This document shows positions 55,286 to 64,000 of a stretch of DNA of 64,000 nt, one piece after another (the first letter of the stretch is position 1; each line of letters begins with the position of its first letter). The stretch lies in the NCBI GenBank assembly GCA_038234785.1, contig JBBQTC010000004.1, positions 20,173 through 84,172 of the forward strand, given 5' to 3'. The stretch is from Acidimicrobiales bacterium (GTDB taxonomy: Bacteria > Actinomycetota > Acidimicrobiia > Acidimicrobiales > Ilumatobacteraceae). The position numbers and the translations under genes were made by a program. The notes under the pieces are model-generated. The model had not been told where the DNA came from. It searched no databases and saw only the letters and a program-made list of their open reading frames with translations.

Positions 55286-56941
55286 ATGACAGAAGAGAAC
55301 AAACTCATCCTGCCGGGCCGCTTCGGTCGCCGACAGGTCATTCTCGGCGCAGGCGCCGCCACCGTGCTGGCCGCGTGCGGCAGCGACGGCGGATCCAGCA
55401 CCGGCACCACCGCTGCTCCGACCACCGTCGGAGGAAGCGACACCACCACGGCGACTCCGGGAACGGATGCCGTCACCACCACGGTCGCCTCCGGCGGCAA
55501 GCAGGGCGGCACGCTCCGCGTCGGCGTCGTGGGCTCCACCAACGACCTCATCGACGGCCAGTACATCGTCGCCCGCGCCGACCAGGCCCGCATGGTCACC
55601 GGCTGGGAGCCTATCGCGAACTACGACGACGACTTCAACATCGCCTTCAACCACGGCCTCGCCGAATCGATCGAGGCCAAGGCCCCCGACAACTACGTCG
55701 TCCGCCTCAAGTCCGGGATCGAGTTCCACAACGCCAAGACCGTCGGCGCCGACGACCTGATCTACTCGTTCAACCGCCTGATCGACCCGACGCTCGCCAT
55801 CGCCCCGGCTCTGCAGCAGTTCATCGACGCGAACAGCTTCACCAAGCTCGACGATCTGACCGTCGACATCAAGCTGCTCAAGCCGAGCGTGGCGTTCCTC
55901 AACGGCATGGCCGATTACGGCGCGAACATCGTTCCCGTCGGCTACACCCGCGACGGTGACCAGATCGGTACCGGCCCCTACAAGCTGAAGAGCTTCACGC
56001 CGGGTTCGGAAAGCGTGCACGTCCGCCACGAGAACTACTGGGGTCAGACCTACCTCGACGAAGTCCAGATCATCGACTTCTCCGACCAGGCTGCCCTGGT
56101 CAACGCGCTCGCATCCGGCGACATCGATGTCGCCATCGACGTGCCGTACGCGCAGGCGACCACCATCTCGGGCAACAGCGACCTCGTGCTGCTCGAGTCG
56201 GCCGCCGGCAACTGGCAGACGATCACGATGCGCGTCGACATGGCGCCCTTCGACGACATTCGCGTTCGCCAGGCGATGCGCCTGATCGTCGATCGCGACC
56301 AGATGGTCGAGCGGGTGCTGTCCGGCCACGGCCGGGTCGGCAACGACATGTACGGCGTGCTCGACGGGTCGTACCCGAAGCAGTTCGACCAGCGCAAGCA
56401 GGACATCGAAGCCGCCAAGGCACTCCTCAAGGACGCCGGCCAAGAAGGGCTCGAGATCGAGCTCTTCGCACCGGACGACACCGCCGGTCTCTCCGAGTAC
56501 GTCACGGCGTTCGCCGAGCAGGCCAAGGAAGCCGGCATCAAGGTGACGGCCACGGTGCTCGACGGTGGTACCTACTGGGGAGCCGAGTACACCCAGCGCG
56601 TCTTCGCCACCAGCTACTGGAGCACCCGGCCCTACCTCAACCAGGTCGCCGCCGGATCGCTGCCCGACGCCACCTATCCGGAGACCCACTGGCCCCCGGC
56701 AGATTCCGACTTCGTCGACCTCTACAACCAGGCCATCGCCGAGGTCGACACCGACAAGCGGTACGCCATCATCGAGAAGATGCAGCAGGAGGAGTACGAC
56801 GGTGGCGGCAACATCATCTCCTACTTCCAGAACCTGATCGACGGCCACGCCGCCTACGTGAAGGGTGCCGTGTCCCGCCCGAACCTGTTGAACTTCGACC
56901 ACTTCGGTCGAGGGTTCCAGAACATCTGGCTCGACCAGTGA
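55286..56941 (+). CDS. ABC transporter substrate-binding lipoprotein, family 5 (peptide/nickel/oligosaccharide type)
   Basis: ATG at 55286. Tat-like RRQVILGAGAATVLAAC lipobox, T-rich linker, family-5 body of about 500 aa. Confidence 0.85.
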   Translation: MTEENKLILPGRFGRRQVILGAGAATVLAACGSDGGSSTGTTAAPTTVGGSDTTTATPGTDAVTTTVASGGKQGGTLRVGVVGSTNDLIDGQYIVARADQARMVTGWEPIANYDDDFNIAFNHGLAESIEAKAPDNYVVRLKSGIEFHNAKTVGADDLIYSFNRLIDPTLAIAPALQQFIDANSFTKLDDLTVDIKLLKPSVAFLNGMADYGANIVPVGYTRDGDQIGTGPYKLKSFTPGSESVHVRHENYWGQTYLDEVQIIDFSDQAALVNALASGDIDVAIDVPYAQATTISGNSDLVLLESAAGNWQTITMRVDMAPFDDIRVRQAMRLIVDRDQMVERVLSGHGRVGNDMYGVLDGSYPKQFDQRKQDIEAAKALLKDAGQEGLEIELFAPDDTAGLSEYVTAFAEQAKEAGIKVTATVLDGGTYWGAEYTQRVFATSYWSTRPYLNQVAAGSLPDATYPETHWPPADSDFVDLYNQAIAEVDTDKRYAIIEKMQQEEYDGGGNIISYFQNLIDGHAAYVKGAVSRPNLLNFDHFGRGFQNIWLDQ

Positions 56942-56946
56942 TCCGT

Positions 56947-56983
56947 CCGGGCGGGGGATTCTTCCCCCGCCCGGTCGCTTTTT
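56947..56983 (+). terminator. Intrinsic terminator/attenuator hairpin after the substrate-binding protein gene
   Basis: CCGGGCGGGGG attctt CCCCCGCCCGG followed by TCGCTTTTT. Confidence 0.7.
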
Positions 56984-56996
56984 CACCTTCTTCACC

Positions 56997-57956
56997 ATGG
57001 GGATCTTCAAGCTCATCGTCCGTCGGGTGCTGCTCGGCATCGCCACCCTGTTGGTGGTGTCGTTCGCGGTGTTCGCGCTGACGAACCTGCTCGGCGACCC
57101 CGTGAAGCGGATGCTCGGGAGAGGCGCGCTTCCCGATCTGGTGACTGCCCGACGGGCAGAACTCGGTCTGGACCGTCCGTTCTTCACGCGCTACTTCGAG
57201 TGGCTGAAGGGACTGCTGACGGGAGATCCCGGCAAATCGTACGGTCTCAACAACGAGCCCGTGCTCGACGTGGTCAGTGACCGGATCAAGAACTCGCTGT
57301 TCCTCATGGCCCTCAGCTCTGCGATCTCCATCCCGCTGTCGCTCTTCATCGGGGCACGAGCAGCACTCAAGCGGGACCGGGCGTTCGACCGCGTCTCGTC
57401 CAACCAGATGTTGGTCTTCGCAGCGATGCCCGAGTTCGTGGTCGGCGCATTTCTCACGGTTCTGTTCGCCACCAACGTGTGGCATGTGTTCCCGGCGGTC
57501 AGCCACATCCGCCCGGGCGAGCCACCGTGGTCCGACATGAAGGGCCTGATCCTCCCGGTGCTCACCCTGGCGCTCGCCGTGACGCCCCACGTGTCGCGCA
57601 CGATGCGCGCCTCGATGATCGAAGTGCTGGAGAGCGACTACATCGAGATGGCGCGCCTGAAGGGTCTCTCCGAGCACGACGTGTTGTGGGGCCACGCCTT
57701 CCCCAACGCTCTCGGCCCGACCCTGCAGGTGATCGCACTGAACATCGCCTACCTCGCAGGTGGCGTCGTCATCGTCGAGTCACTGTTCAACTTCCGCGGC
57801 ATCGGTATCGCTCTGCTCGACGCCATCCCGATCGCGAACGCGCCGGTCGTTCAATTCATCGCGATGTTCATCGCAGGCATCTACGTCATCTGCAACCTCG
57901 CCGCCGACATCGGCGCGATCCTCGTCACGCCGCGCTTGCGGACGAGGCTCCAATGA
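56997..57956 (+). CDS. ABC transporter permease (DppB/OppB-like)
   Basis: Six TMs. N-terminal MGIFKLIVRRVLLGIATLLVVS and an EAA-type loop (YIEMARLKGLSE). Confidence 0.88.
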   Translation: MGIFKLIVRRVLLGIATLLVVSFAVFALTNLLGDPVKRMLGRGALPDLVTARRAELGLDRPFFTRYFEWLKGLLTGDPGKSYGLNNEPVLDVVSDRIKNSLFLMALSSAISIPLSLFIGARAALKRDRAFDRVSSNQMLVFAAMPEFVVGAFLTVLFATNVWHVFPAVSHIRPGEPPWSDMKGLILPVLTLALAVTPHVSRTMRASMIEVLESDYIEMARLKGLSEHDVLWGHAFPNALGPTLQVIALNIAYLAGGVVIVESLFNFRGIGIALLDAIPIANAPVVQFIAMFIAGIYVICNLAADIGAILVTPRLRTRLQ

Positions 57957-58846
57957 GCATCGAGGTCCCGCTCGTCACCGAGCTTCCCGAACACGACGAC
58001 ACCAAGTTGCCGAGTGTCTGGCGCGCGTCGTTTCGCATGTGGCGCACCCGCATCGGACTCGGGCTGGTGCTGCTCCTCGTTCTCATCGCCGTCGTCGGTC
58101 CGTGGGTCGCTCCGTTCGGACCGGCGGAGTTCGTCGGCACCCCCAACCTGCCGCACCTGTCGGGCACGTGGCTGGGCACCGACTACTTCGGCCAGGATGT
58201 GTGGTCGCGGTTCCTCTACGGCGGACGCTCGATCCTGTTCATGGCGTCGGTGGCGACGCTCATCGGCTTCGTGTTCGGCGGCGCGATCGGGCTGATCGCG
58301 GCGTACAACCGCGGCCGCCTCGACGACGTGCTGATGCGATTCATGGACATCCTGCTCGCATTCCCGCAGCTGTTGCTCGCGCTCGTCGCGCTCACCACCA
58401 TCGGTGCCGAGCCATGGCTCATCATCTCGATCGTCGCGTTCACCACGATGCCGCGAATCGCTCGCATCACCCGGGGCGCAACGGTGCCGGTCGTCGAGCG
58501 CGACTTCATCGGTGCGGCCGAGGCGCTGGGCGAATCGCGATTCAGGATCATCACCCGCGAGCTGCTGCCCAACGTCACCGGCCCGCTGCTCGTGGAGGCC
58601 AACCTGCGCCTCACCTACTCGATCGGCACGATCGCGGGACTCGGCTTCCTCGGGTTCGTCAGCGAGAAGAACGCTCCCGATTGGGGCAGCATGATCCAGG
58701 AGAACCGCATCGCCCTCACGGTCGCACCCTGGGGCACACTGCTGCCGGCCGCCGCGATCGCACTGCTCACGATCGGCACCGGGATGATGGCCGACGGCGT
58801 CTCCCGCACCATCGCCGGAGTCGACCGAGGACGGCCCGACGCATGA
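57953..58846 (+). CDS. ABC transporter permease (DppC/OppC-like)
   Basis: ATG overlaps the upstream stop (ATGA). GTDYFGQDVWSR motif and EAA loop (FIGAAEALGESR). Confidence 0.88.
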   Translation: MSIEVPLVTELPEHDDTKLPSVWRASFRMWRTRIGLGLVLLLVLIAVVGPWVAPFGPAEFVGTPNLPHLSGTWLGTDYFGQDVWSRFLYGGRSILFMASVATLIGFVFGGAIGLIAAYNRGRLDDVLMRFMDILLAFPQLLLALVALTTIGAEPWLIISIVAFTTMPRIARITRGATVPVVERDFIGAAEALGESRFRIITRELLPNVTGPLLVEANLRLTYSIGTIAGLGFLGFVSEKNAPDWGSMIQENRIALTVAPWGTLLPAAAIALLTIGTGMMADGVSRTIAGVDRGRPDA

Positions 58847-60672
58847 CCGACCACGCCCGACACCAGGCCGGCGACCCGACGTTCGACCGTGCCGACCTTG
58901 TCGCCCTCGACATCCGCAACCTGCGTTTGAACGTCGCCGAGAGCGGCGCTGACATCGTCGACGAGATCGATCTCGTGATCCATCGCGGCGAGGTGCTCGG
59001 CCTCGTCGGAGAGTCCGGCTCGGGCAAGACCACCGTCGGGCTCGCGGTGCTGGGCCACACCCGCCGTGGCGTCTCCCTCGGGGGCGGTTCGGTCACGGTC
59101 GGCGACCGCGACGTCGCCGGGCTCAGCGACAAGGAGCTGCGGTCGGTGCGAGGCAAGCTCGTCACCTACGTCCCCCAGGATCCCGGCACGGCACTGAACC
59201 CCGCCCTGCGCATCGGCAAGCAGATCAAGGAAGTGCTCGAGACCCACGGCTTCGGCGACAACGATGCCGACCGCGAGGCGCGGGTGATCGAGGTGCTCAG
59301 CGAGGTGATGCTGCCCTCCACACCGACGTTCCTGCGCCGCTACCCGCACCAGTTGTCCGGCGGGCAGCAGCAGCGCGTCGGACTCGCGATGGCGTTCGCA
59401 TGCCGGCCGGCTGTGATCGTGCTCGACGAACCCACCACCGGTCTCGACGTGAGCACCCAGGCCCACGTGCTGGAGACGATCCGCACACTTGCCGAGCGCC
59501 ACGGTGTCGCGGCCCTGTACGTCACCCACGACCTCGCGGTGGTCGCCACCCTGGCCGATCGTGTCGCGGTGATGTACGCGGGCCGCATCGTGGAGCAGGG
59601 GACGACCGCCGACATCTTCGCCAACCCCGCCCACCCGTACACCCGATACCTGGTCGCCGCTGCGCCGGAGATGGGCGACGACCGGCAACTCGTCGGCCTG
59701 CATGGACGAGCGCCGTCACCGGGCCGACGGTCGCACGGTTGCACCTTCGCGCTCCGCTGCGAGCTGGCCGGACCCGAGTGCGTCAGCGAGTTCCCGCCCG
59801 TGGTCGACGTGGGGGCGGAGCGACCACACCTGGTGCGGTGCGTCCATGCCTTCGGTGTCCCCGAGCGCACGACGAACCGAACCAACACGTCGCTCGCCGC
59901 TCAGACGACCGACGACGTCACCCTCAGCATCCGCCACGTCGACGCCGGCTACTCCGGGCTCACGGTCGTCCACGACGTCAACTTCGACATCGCCCGCGGC
60001 GAGTGCGTCGCGCTGGTCGGCGAATCCGGCTCCGGCAAGAGCACCCTGTCGCGTTCGATCGGCGGCCTCCACCGGGAGTGGACCGGTGACATCGTCCTCA
60101 ACGGCTCCCCGCTCGCGCGTTCGTCACGTGACCGTCCGATCGCCCAGCGCCTGTCGATCCAGTACGTCTTCCAGAACCCGTACAGCTCGCTGCACCCCCG
60201 CCGCTCGATTGCCGAGTCGGTGGCCCGGCCGCTGGCCATCGCCGGCGTCGACAAGCAGGAGACGGCACGCCAGGTCGACCGAATGCTCGAGCGCGTCTCG
60301 CTCTCCAGCGCCTACGGCAACCGCTTCCCCGATCAGCTGTCCGGTGGCGAGCGCCAACGTGTTGCCATTGCCCGGGCCCTGGTCAGCCAGCCGCAGATGC
60401 TGATCTGCGACGAGGTCACCTCGGCGCTCGACGTGCTCGTGCAAGCGGCGATCATCGAACTGCTCGTCGACCTGCAACGCGAGCTCGGTCTGGCGATGCT
60501 GTTCGTGACCCACAACCTGCCCCTCGTGCGATCGATCGCCCAACGCGTCGCCGTCATGGCGGACGGCAAGATCGTCGAGCTCGGCTCGACCGCCGACACG
60601 CTGGAGTTTCCGAAGCAGGAGTACACGAAACGCCTGCTCGCCGACACACCCCGCATCCCCACGTTCGATTGA
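58843..60672 (+). CDS. Fused double ATP-binding-cassette protein (DppD-DppF-like)
   Basis: ATG overlaps the upstream stop (ATGA). Two complete cassettes: GESGSGKTT / LSGGQQQRV / VLDEPTT and GESGSGKST / LSGGERQRV / ICDEVTS. Confidence 0.9.
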   Translation: MTDHARHQAGDPTFDRADLVALDIRNLRLNVAESGADIVDEIDLVIHRGEVLGLVGESGSGKTTVGLAVLGHTRRGVSLGGGSVTVGDRDVAGLSDKELRSVRGKLVTYVPQDPGTALNPALRIGKQIKEVLETHGFGDNDADREARVIEVLSEVMLPSTPTFLRRYPHQLSGGQQQRVGLAMAFACRPAVIVLDEPTTGLDVSTQAHVLETIRTLAERHGVAALYVTHDLAVVATLADRVAVMYAGRIVEQGTTADIFANPAHPYTRYLVAAAPEMGDDRQLVGLHGRAPSPGRRSHGCTFALRCELAGPECVSEFPPVVDVGAERPHLVRCVHAFGVPERTTNRTNTSLAAQTTDDVTLSIRHVDAGYSGLTVVHDVNFDIARGECVALVGESGSGKSTLSRSIGGLHREWTGDIVLNGSPLARSSRDRPIAQRLSIQYVFQNPYSSLHPRRSIAESVARPLAIAGVDKQETARQVDRMLERVSLSSAYGNRFPDQLSGGERQRVAIARALVSQPQMLICDEVTSALDVLVQAAIIELLVDLQRELGLAMLFVTHNLPLVRSIAQRVAVMADGKIVELGSTADTLEFPKQEYTKRLLADTPRIPTFD

Positions 60673-60731
60673 CACACGATCGCGACACGAACGCGGTCCT
60701 CATGTGACGCTGGGCCGCGAAGTTGTCGACG

Positions 60732-61154
60732 ATGGATCTGATCGTCGTCGGGGTCACCAACTCGCGCGCGTCCTTCGCGGCGCTCGACTGGGCTGCCGCC
60801 CGAGCGCATCAATGTGGCGCTGCGCTTCGGCTGGTGACGGCACTGGCCAGCCCCATTCCTCTGGTCGGGCCCGGGTCGGGAGCCGTCGTCGTGCCCGATC
60901 GTGAGGCCATCACCGAGCGTGTGTCGGAATGGCATCGCACCTTGCTCGACGGCACGGTCGCATCGTCGTCGATGGAGGTGGACAGCGTGGTCACGTTCGG
61001 CAGTGCGGCCCAGGTGTTGCGCTCATCGGCGCAGGACGCCGACATGCTCGTGCTGGGCCAGAAGGGGCATCGGCGCCTCAGCCACCTCGCCCGCCGCTGC
61101 CTGGGGCGCACCCCGTGCGTCGTGATGATCATCGACGGCGAACGACCCCGCTGA
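60732..61154 (+). CDS. Universal stress protein family
   Basis: ATG at 60732 (MDLIVVGV); the track start at 60723 is TTG. C-terminal DMLVLGQKGH...G motif. Confidence 0.7.
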   Translation: MDLIVVGVTNSRASFAALDWAAARAHQCGAALRLVTALASPIPLVGPGSGAVVVPDREAITERVSEWHRTLLDGTVASSSMEVDSVVTFGSAAQVLRSSAQDADMLVLGQKGHRRLSHLARRCLGRTPCVVMIIDGERPR

Positions 61155-61185
61155 GTCCCTGTCCACGACGTCGTAGTCTCGTGGG

Positions 61186-61482
61186 GTGACGTACCGGTTC
61201 TCCGCCGAGCTCTGGCCCTACAGGGGCGAGGGTCCGTGGCACTTCGTGACCCTGCCATTCGAGATGTCCGACGAGATCGACGAGCGGACGACGGGGACCC
61301 AGGGAGGGTTCGGTTCGGTCAAGGTCCACGTGACCGTCGGCACGACGAAGTGGAGCACCTCACTGTTCCCCTCTGCAGACGCGAAGTCGTACATCCTGCC
61401 CATCAAGCAGCAAGTACGTACGGCGGAGAACCTTCGCGCGGGCGCCCCCGTCGACGTCGAACTACGTCTCGCCAACATCTGA
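61186..61482 (+). CDS. DUF1905-domain protein
   Basis: GTG start. WHFVTLPFE...GFGSVKVHVTVGTTKWSTSLFP...YILPIK is typical of DUF1905. Confidence 0.75.
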   Translation: MTYRFSAELWPYRGEGPWHFVTLPFEMSDEIDERTTGTQGGFGSVKVHVTVGTTKWSTSLFPSADAKSYILPIKQQVRTAENLRAGAPVDVELRLANI

Positions 61483-61534
61483 CCTCGGGCGCTCTCGGGG
61501 TCGATCCACGCCGATCGCCATTACCCTCCCACCG

Positions 61535-62482
61535 GTGGAACCGAGCTGGATCACCGCCTCACGGGTGGTACTCGTCGCCGGCAAAGGCGGAGTGGGCTCG
61601 AGCACGGTCGCTGCCGCGCTGGCCGTCGCGGCCGCTCGCGGCGGGCTCGACGTGCTCCTCATCGCTGTCGACGGCAAGCCGGGTCTGGGTCCGTTGCTGG
61701 GAGGCCGCCCGCTCACCTCGACCGAACAGGTGCTGCGCACCGAAGCCGGCGGAGGGCGGGTGCGCGGCCGCACCGTGCCCCCCGAGCAGGCCTTCGCCGA
61801 CTACCTCGATCTGAAGGGCGTGGGCAACATCGTCCGGCGCGCCGCCGCAGCGGCCTCGCTCGACCTGGTCGCCGCGTCCACCCCTGGGATGGAGCACCTG
61901 CTCGTGCTGGGCAAGATCAAGGAACTCGAGCGCACGAAAGCAGCCGATCTGATCATCGTCGATGCACCGCCCGCTGGCCACGCCGGTCCGTTCATCCGCT
62001 CGGCGAACGCGCTGCAGGAGATGGTGGCGAGCGGACCCGTGCGCCAGCAGGCCGACGAGGTCTCCGAGATGCTCGCCGACGCGGCGCGGGTGCAGGCGCT
62101 GTTGGTGACCTTGCCGGAGGAGACTCCGGTCAACGAGATCGTCGAGCTCGCGACCGAGATGACCGACGAACTCGGGTTGGCGCTCGCGCCCCTGGTCGTC
62201 AACGGCTGCTGGCCGGATCGACCGAGCCTCGCGCTCACCGCGGTGGCAGCGTCCAAGAAGAGCGGCATCACGCTCGACGCGTCCGACCGCGATGCGTTGC
62301 AGCGCACGAACAAGTACGGCGCGGCGAGACTCGCGGTGCAGCGCGAGCAGCTCGACCGACTGGCGGCACTGCTCCCGATGCCGACGTTGCGGCTGCCGCG
62401 GCTGCCTGCGCCGAGATTGCTCCCCCACCACCTCGACCTCCTCGTCGAGGCGTTGGTCGTCGAACCGAGCATGCCGGCATGA
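61535..62482 (+). CDS. ArsA/Get3-like P-loop ATPase (first of pair)
   Basis: GTG start. Deviant Walker A VAGKGGVGSST; DAPPAGH switch region. Confidence 0.8.
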   Translation: MEPSWITASRVVLVAGKGGVGSSTVAAALAVAAARGGLDVLLIAVDGKPGLGPLLGGRPLTSTEQVLRTEAGGGRVRGRTVPPEQAFADYLDLKGVGNIVRRAAAAASLDLVAASTPGMEHLLVLGKIKELERTKAADLIIVDAPPAGHAGPFIRSANALQEMVASGPVRQQADEVSEMLADAARVQALLVTLPEETPVNEIVELATEMTDELGLALAPLVVNGCWPDRPSLALTAVAASKKSGITLDASDRDALQRTNKYGAARLAVQREQLDRLAALLPMPTLRLPRLPAPRLLPHHLDLLVEALVVEPSMPA

Positions 62483-63570
62483 GCGACCGAGATCTCGTCG
62501 ACGTGCTCGACGGAGTACGGCTGCTCGTCACCTGTGGTCCCGGCGGTGTCGGCAAGACGAGTACTGCCGCCGCCCTCGGGCTGGCCGCTGCCCGCGCCGG
62601 CCGCAGGGTGGTCGTGGTCACCATCGACCCGGCACGACGACTGGCCGATGCACTCGGCATCGACCCTGATCAGTGCAACGAACCACACCTGGTCGAGGGC
62701 GCAGTGGAAGGGCCCGGTTCGTTCTCGGCGTTGATGCTCGACGCCGAGAAGACCTTCGACGACCTGATCCGCGAGCGAGGTGGTGACGCCGCGCCGACGC
62801 TGTTGAACAACCGCGTGTACCGGAGCATCGCCGGCTCCCTCGCCGGCGCGCAGGACTACATGGCCATCGAGCGCCTCCATCAGTTGCACCACGGCGGCGA
62901 CTTCGACCTGGTGGTCATCGACACGCCACCGTCACGACATGCGATCGACGTGCTCAAGGCCCCCGACCGGTTGGTCGTGTTCATGAGCCATCCGATCTAT
63001 CGAGCGCTGACGCTCCCGTCGCGCTCGTTCGCCCGTGTCACCAACGTGGCCACGGGCGCGTTCCTCTGGACGATCAAACGGCTCGCCGGACCGAAGATCG
63101 TCGAAGAGACGGTCGAGTTCTTCCGGTCGCTGTCGTCGATGGAGGGCGGCCTGCGCACTCGTGCCGCGGAGATGTCGGTGCTCCTGCGCGACGAGCGCAC
63201 AGCGTTCGTCCTGGTGTCGAGTCCACGGGCCGAAGCCATCGACGAGTCGACCTTTCTCGCCGAGGCGCTCCAGACCGGCGGCTTCCGGCTCGGCGGGATC
63301 GTCGTCAACATGGTGCACCCGATGCCATCGCCGCTGTCGGCGAAGCTCTTGAAGGCCCACGGGCGCGGCGAGCTCGGTGACCACCTTGCCGAGCAGGTGC
63401 ACTACCACCAGGAGCTGACCGAGCTGGCCGAGGCGGAGCGAGTGGAGCTGGCCACGTTGGTCGAACTCGCCGACGGCGCTCCGGTTCGGCAGGTGCCACT
63501 CTTCGACCACGATGTGCACGACGTGGCCGCCCTTCGCGAACTGGGAGATCTGCTCACCCAGGGAGCGTGA
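62479..63570 (+). CDS. ArsA/Get3-like P-loop ATPase (second of pair)
   Basis: ATG overlaps the upstream stop (ATGA). CGPGGVGKTSTAAAL, VTIDPARRLADALG, VIDTPPSRHAIDVL. Confidence 0.85.
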   Translation: MSDRDLVDVLDGVRLLVTCGPGGVGKTSTAAALGLAAARAGRRVVVVTIDPARRLADALGIDPDQCNEPHLVEGAVEGPGSFSALMLDAEKTFDDLIRERGGDAAPTLLNNRVYRSIAGSLAGAQDYMAIERLHQLHHGGDFDLVVIDTPPSRHAIDVLKAPDRLVVFMSHPIYRALTLPSRSFARVTNVATGAFLWTIKRLAGPKIVEETVEFFRSLSSMEGGLRTRAAEMSVLLRDERTAFVLVSSPRAEAIDESTFLAEALQTGGFRLGGIVVNMVHPMPSPLSAKLLKAHGRGELGDHLAEQVHYHQELTELAEAERVELATLVELADGAPVRQVPLFDHDVHDVAALRELGDLLTQGA

Positions 63571-63602
63571 CGCCGACAGCGAGGAATCGGGCGTCGGGCC
63601 TC

Positions 63603-64000
63603 TCAGGACGCAGCGAGCAGGGCGGAGATGCGGCCGTGGACGAACTCGACGATCTCGCCATCACTCATGGAGGCGCCCTGGCGTACCGCTGCCGCAAACT
63701 CGGCGGCACCCAGCCGGTCGCGCAGCGTCCCGACCAGTTCGCTGATGCGCTCCGCATCGGATGCCTCGAACGGGAGCGCATACGACGCACCGACCGCAGC
63801 GAGGGCGCCGTGCAACGTCACTGCAGCACGATGGTCCTGCAGTTGTACAAGGATGCCGAACACATGGCGGAGCGAGAGCCACTGGTTCGCCCAGTCACCG
63901 CCGCGGAACCAGAGATAGATCACGTCGGAGAACCCAGCCAACGCACTTCGCGGCGAACCGCGGCGCGCTTCCAGCCAGAGCACCTCGGTCAGGGCGAAGG
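63603..64000 (-). CDS. C-terminal end of a larger protein continuing beyond the window (probable large ATPase/TPR-type transcriptional regulator)
   Basis: Frame stays open to base 64000. The tail (...RDRLGAAEFAAAVRQGASMSDGEIVEFV) resembles C-termini of big AfsR/LuxR/cyclase-ATPase regulators. Functional call is weak. Confidence 0.45.
   Translation of the reverse strand, partial: FALTEVLWLEARRGSPRSALAGFSDVIYLWFRGGDWANQWLSLRHVFGILVQLQDHRAAVTLHGALAAVGASYALPFEASDAERISELVGTLRDRLGAAEFAAAVRQGASMSDGEIVEFVHGRISALLAAS

Overview
High-GC (by eye about two-thirds G+C), gene-dense chromosomal segment with Actinomycetota hallmarks: two WhiB-family genes, a SenX3/RegX3-like pair, DUF3097/DUF4349/DUF2510 genes, a Get3/ArsA-like ATPase pair, and S/T/P-rich lipoprotein linkers. 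A finer placement (possibly Acidimicrobiia-like) is only a guess. I call about 62 protein-coding genes and one decayed pseudogene. I find no rRNA, tRNA, CRISPR array, transposase, integrase or phage genes. Content is mostly housekeeping: tesB, mreB, moaE, pstSCAB-phoU-senX3-regX3, ppk, tatA, sdhCAB, hppA, fpg/nei, deoD, mdh, metF, purH, an aldehyde dehydrogenase, an ABC-2 exporter and a peptide-type ABC importer. Many gene junctions use ATGA, GTGA or TGATG start/stop overlaps, which suggests long translationally coupled operons. The many long ORFs antisense to real genes in the track are typical high-GC artefacts. I do not see a convincing self-contained novel multi-gene system, and there is no defence-island signature. 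The best leads are: (1) a single-strand phosphate super-operon in which a kinase with no transmembrane segment is start/stop-coupled to phoU, with a three-unit PHO box upstream of pstS; (2) an AAA+ (ChlI-like, deviant Walker motifs) and VWA gene pair separated by a minimal class III cyclase preceded by a CRP-like site, plus a degenerate GH1-like gene; (3) a 26-nt near-perfect AT-cored palindrome upstream of a whiB paralog, and a second WhiB paralog with atypical Cys spacing; (4) several pseudo-enzymes and small regulatory-looking repeats. All functional calls rest on by-eye motif recognition; no searches were run.
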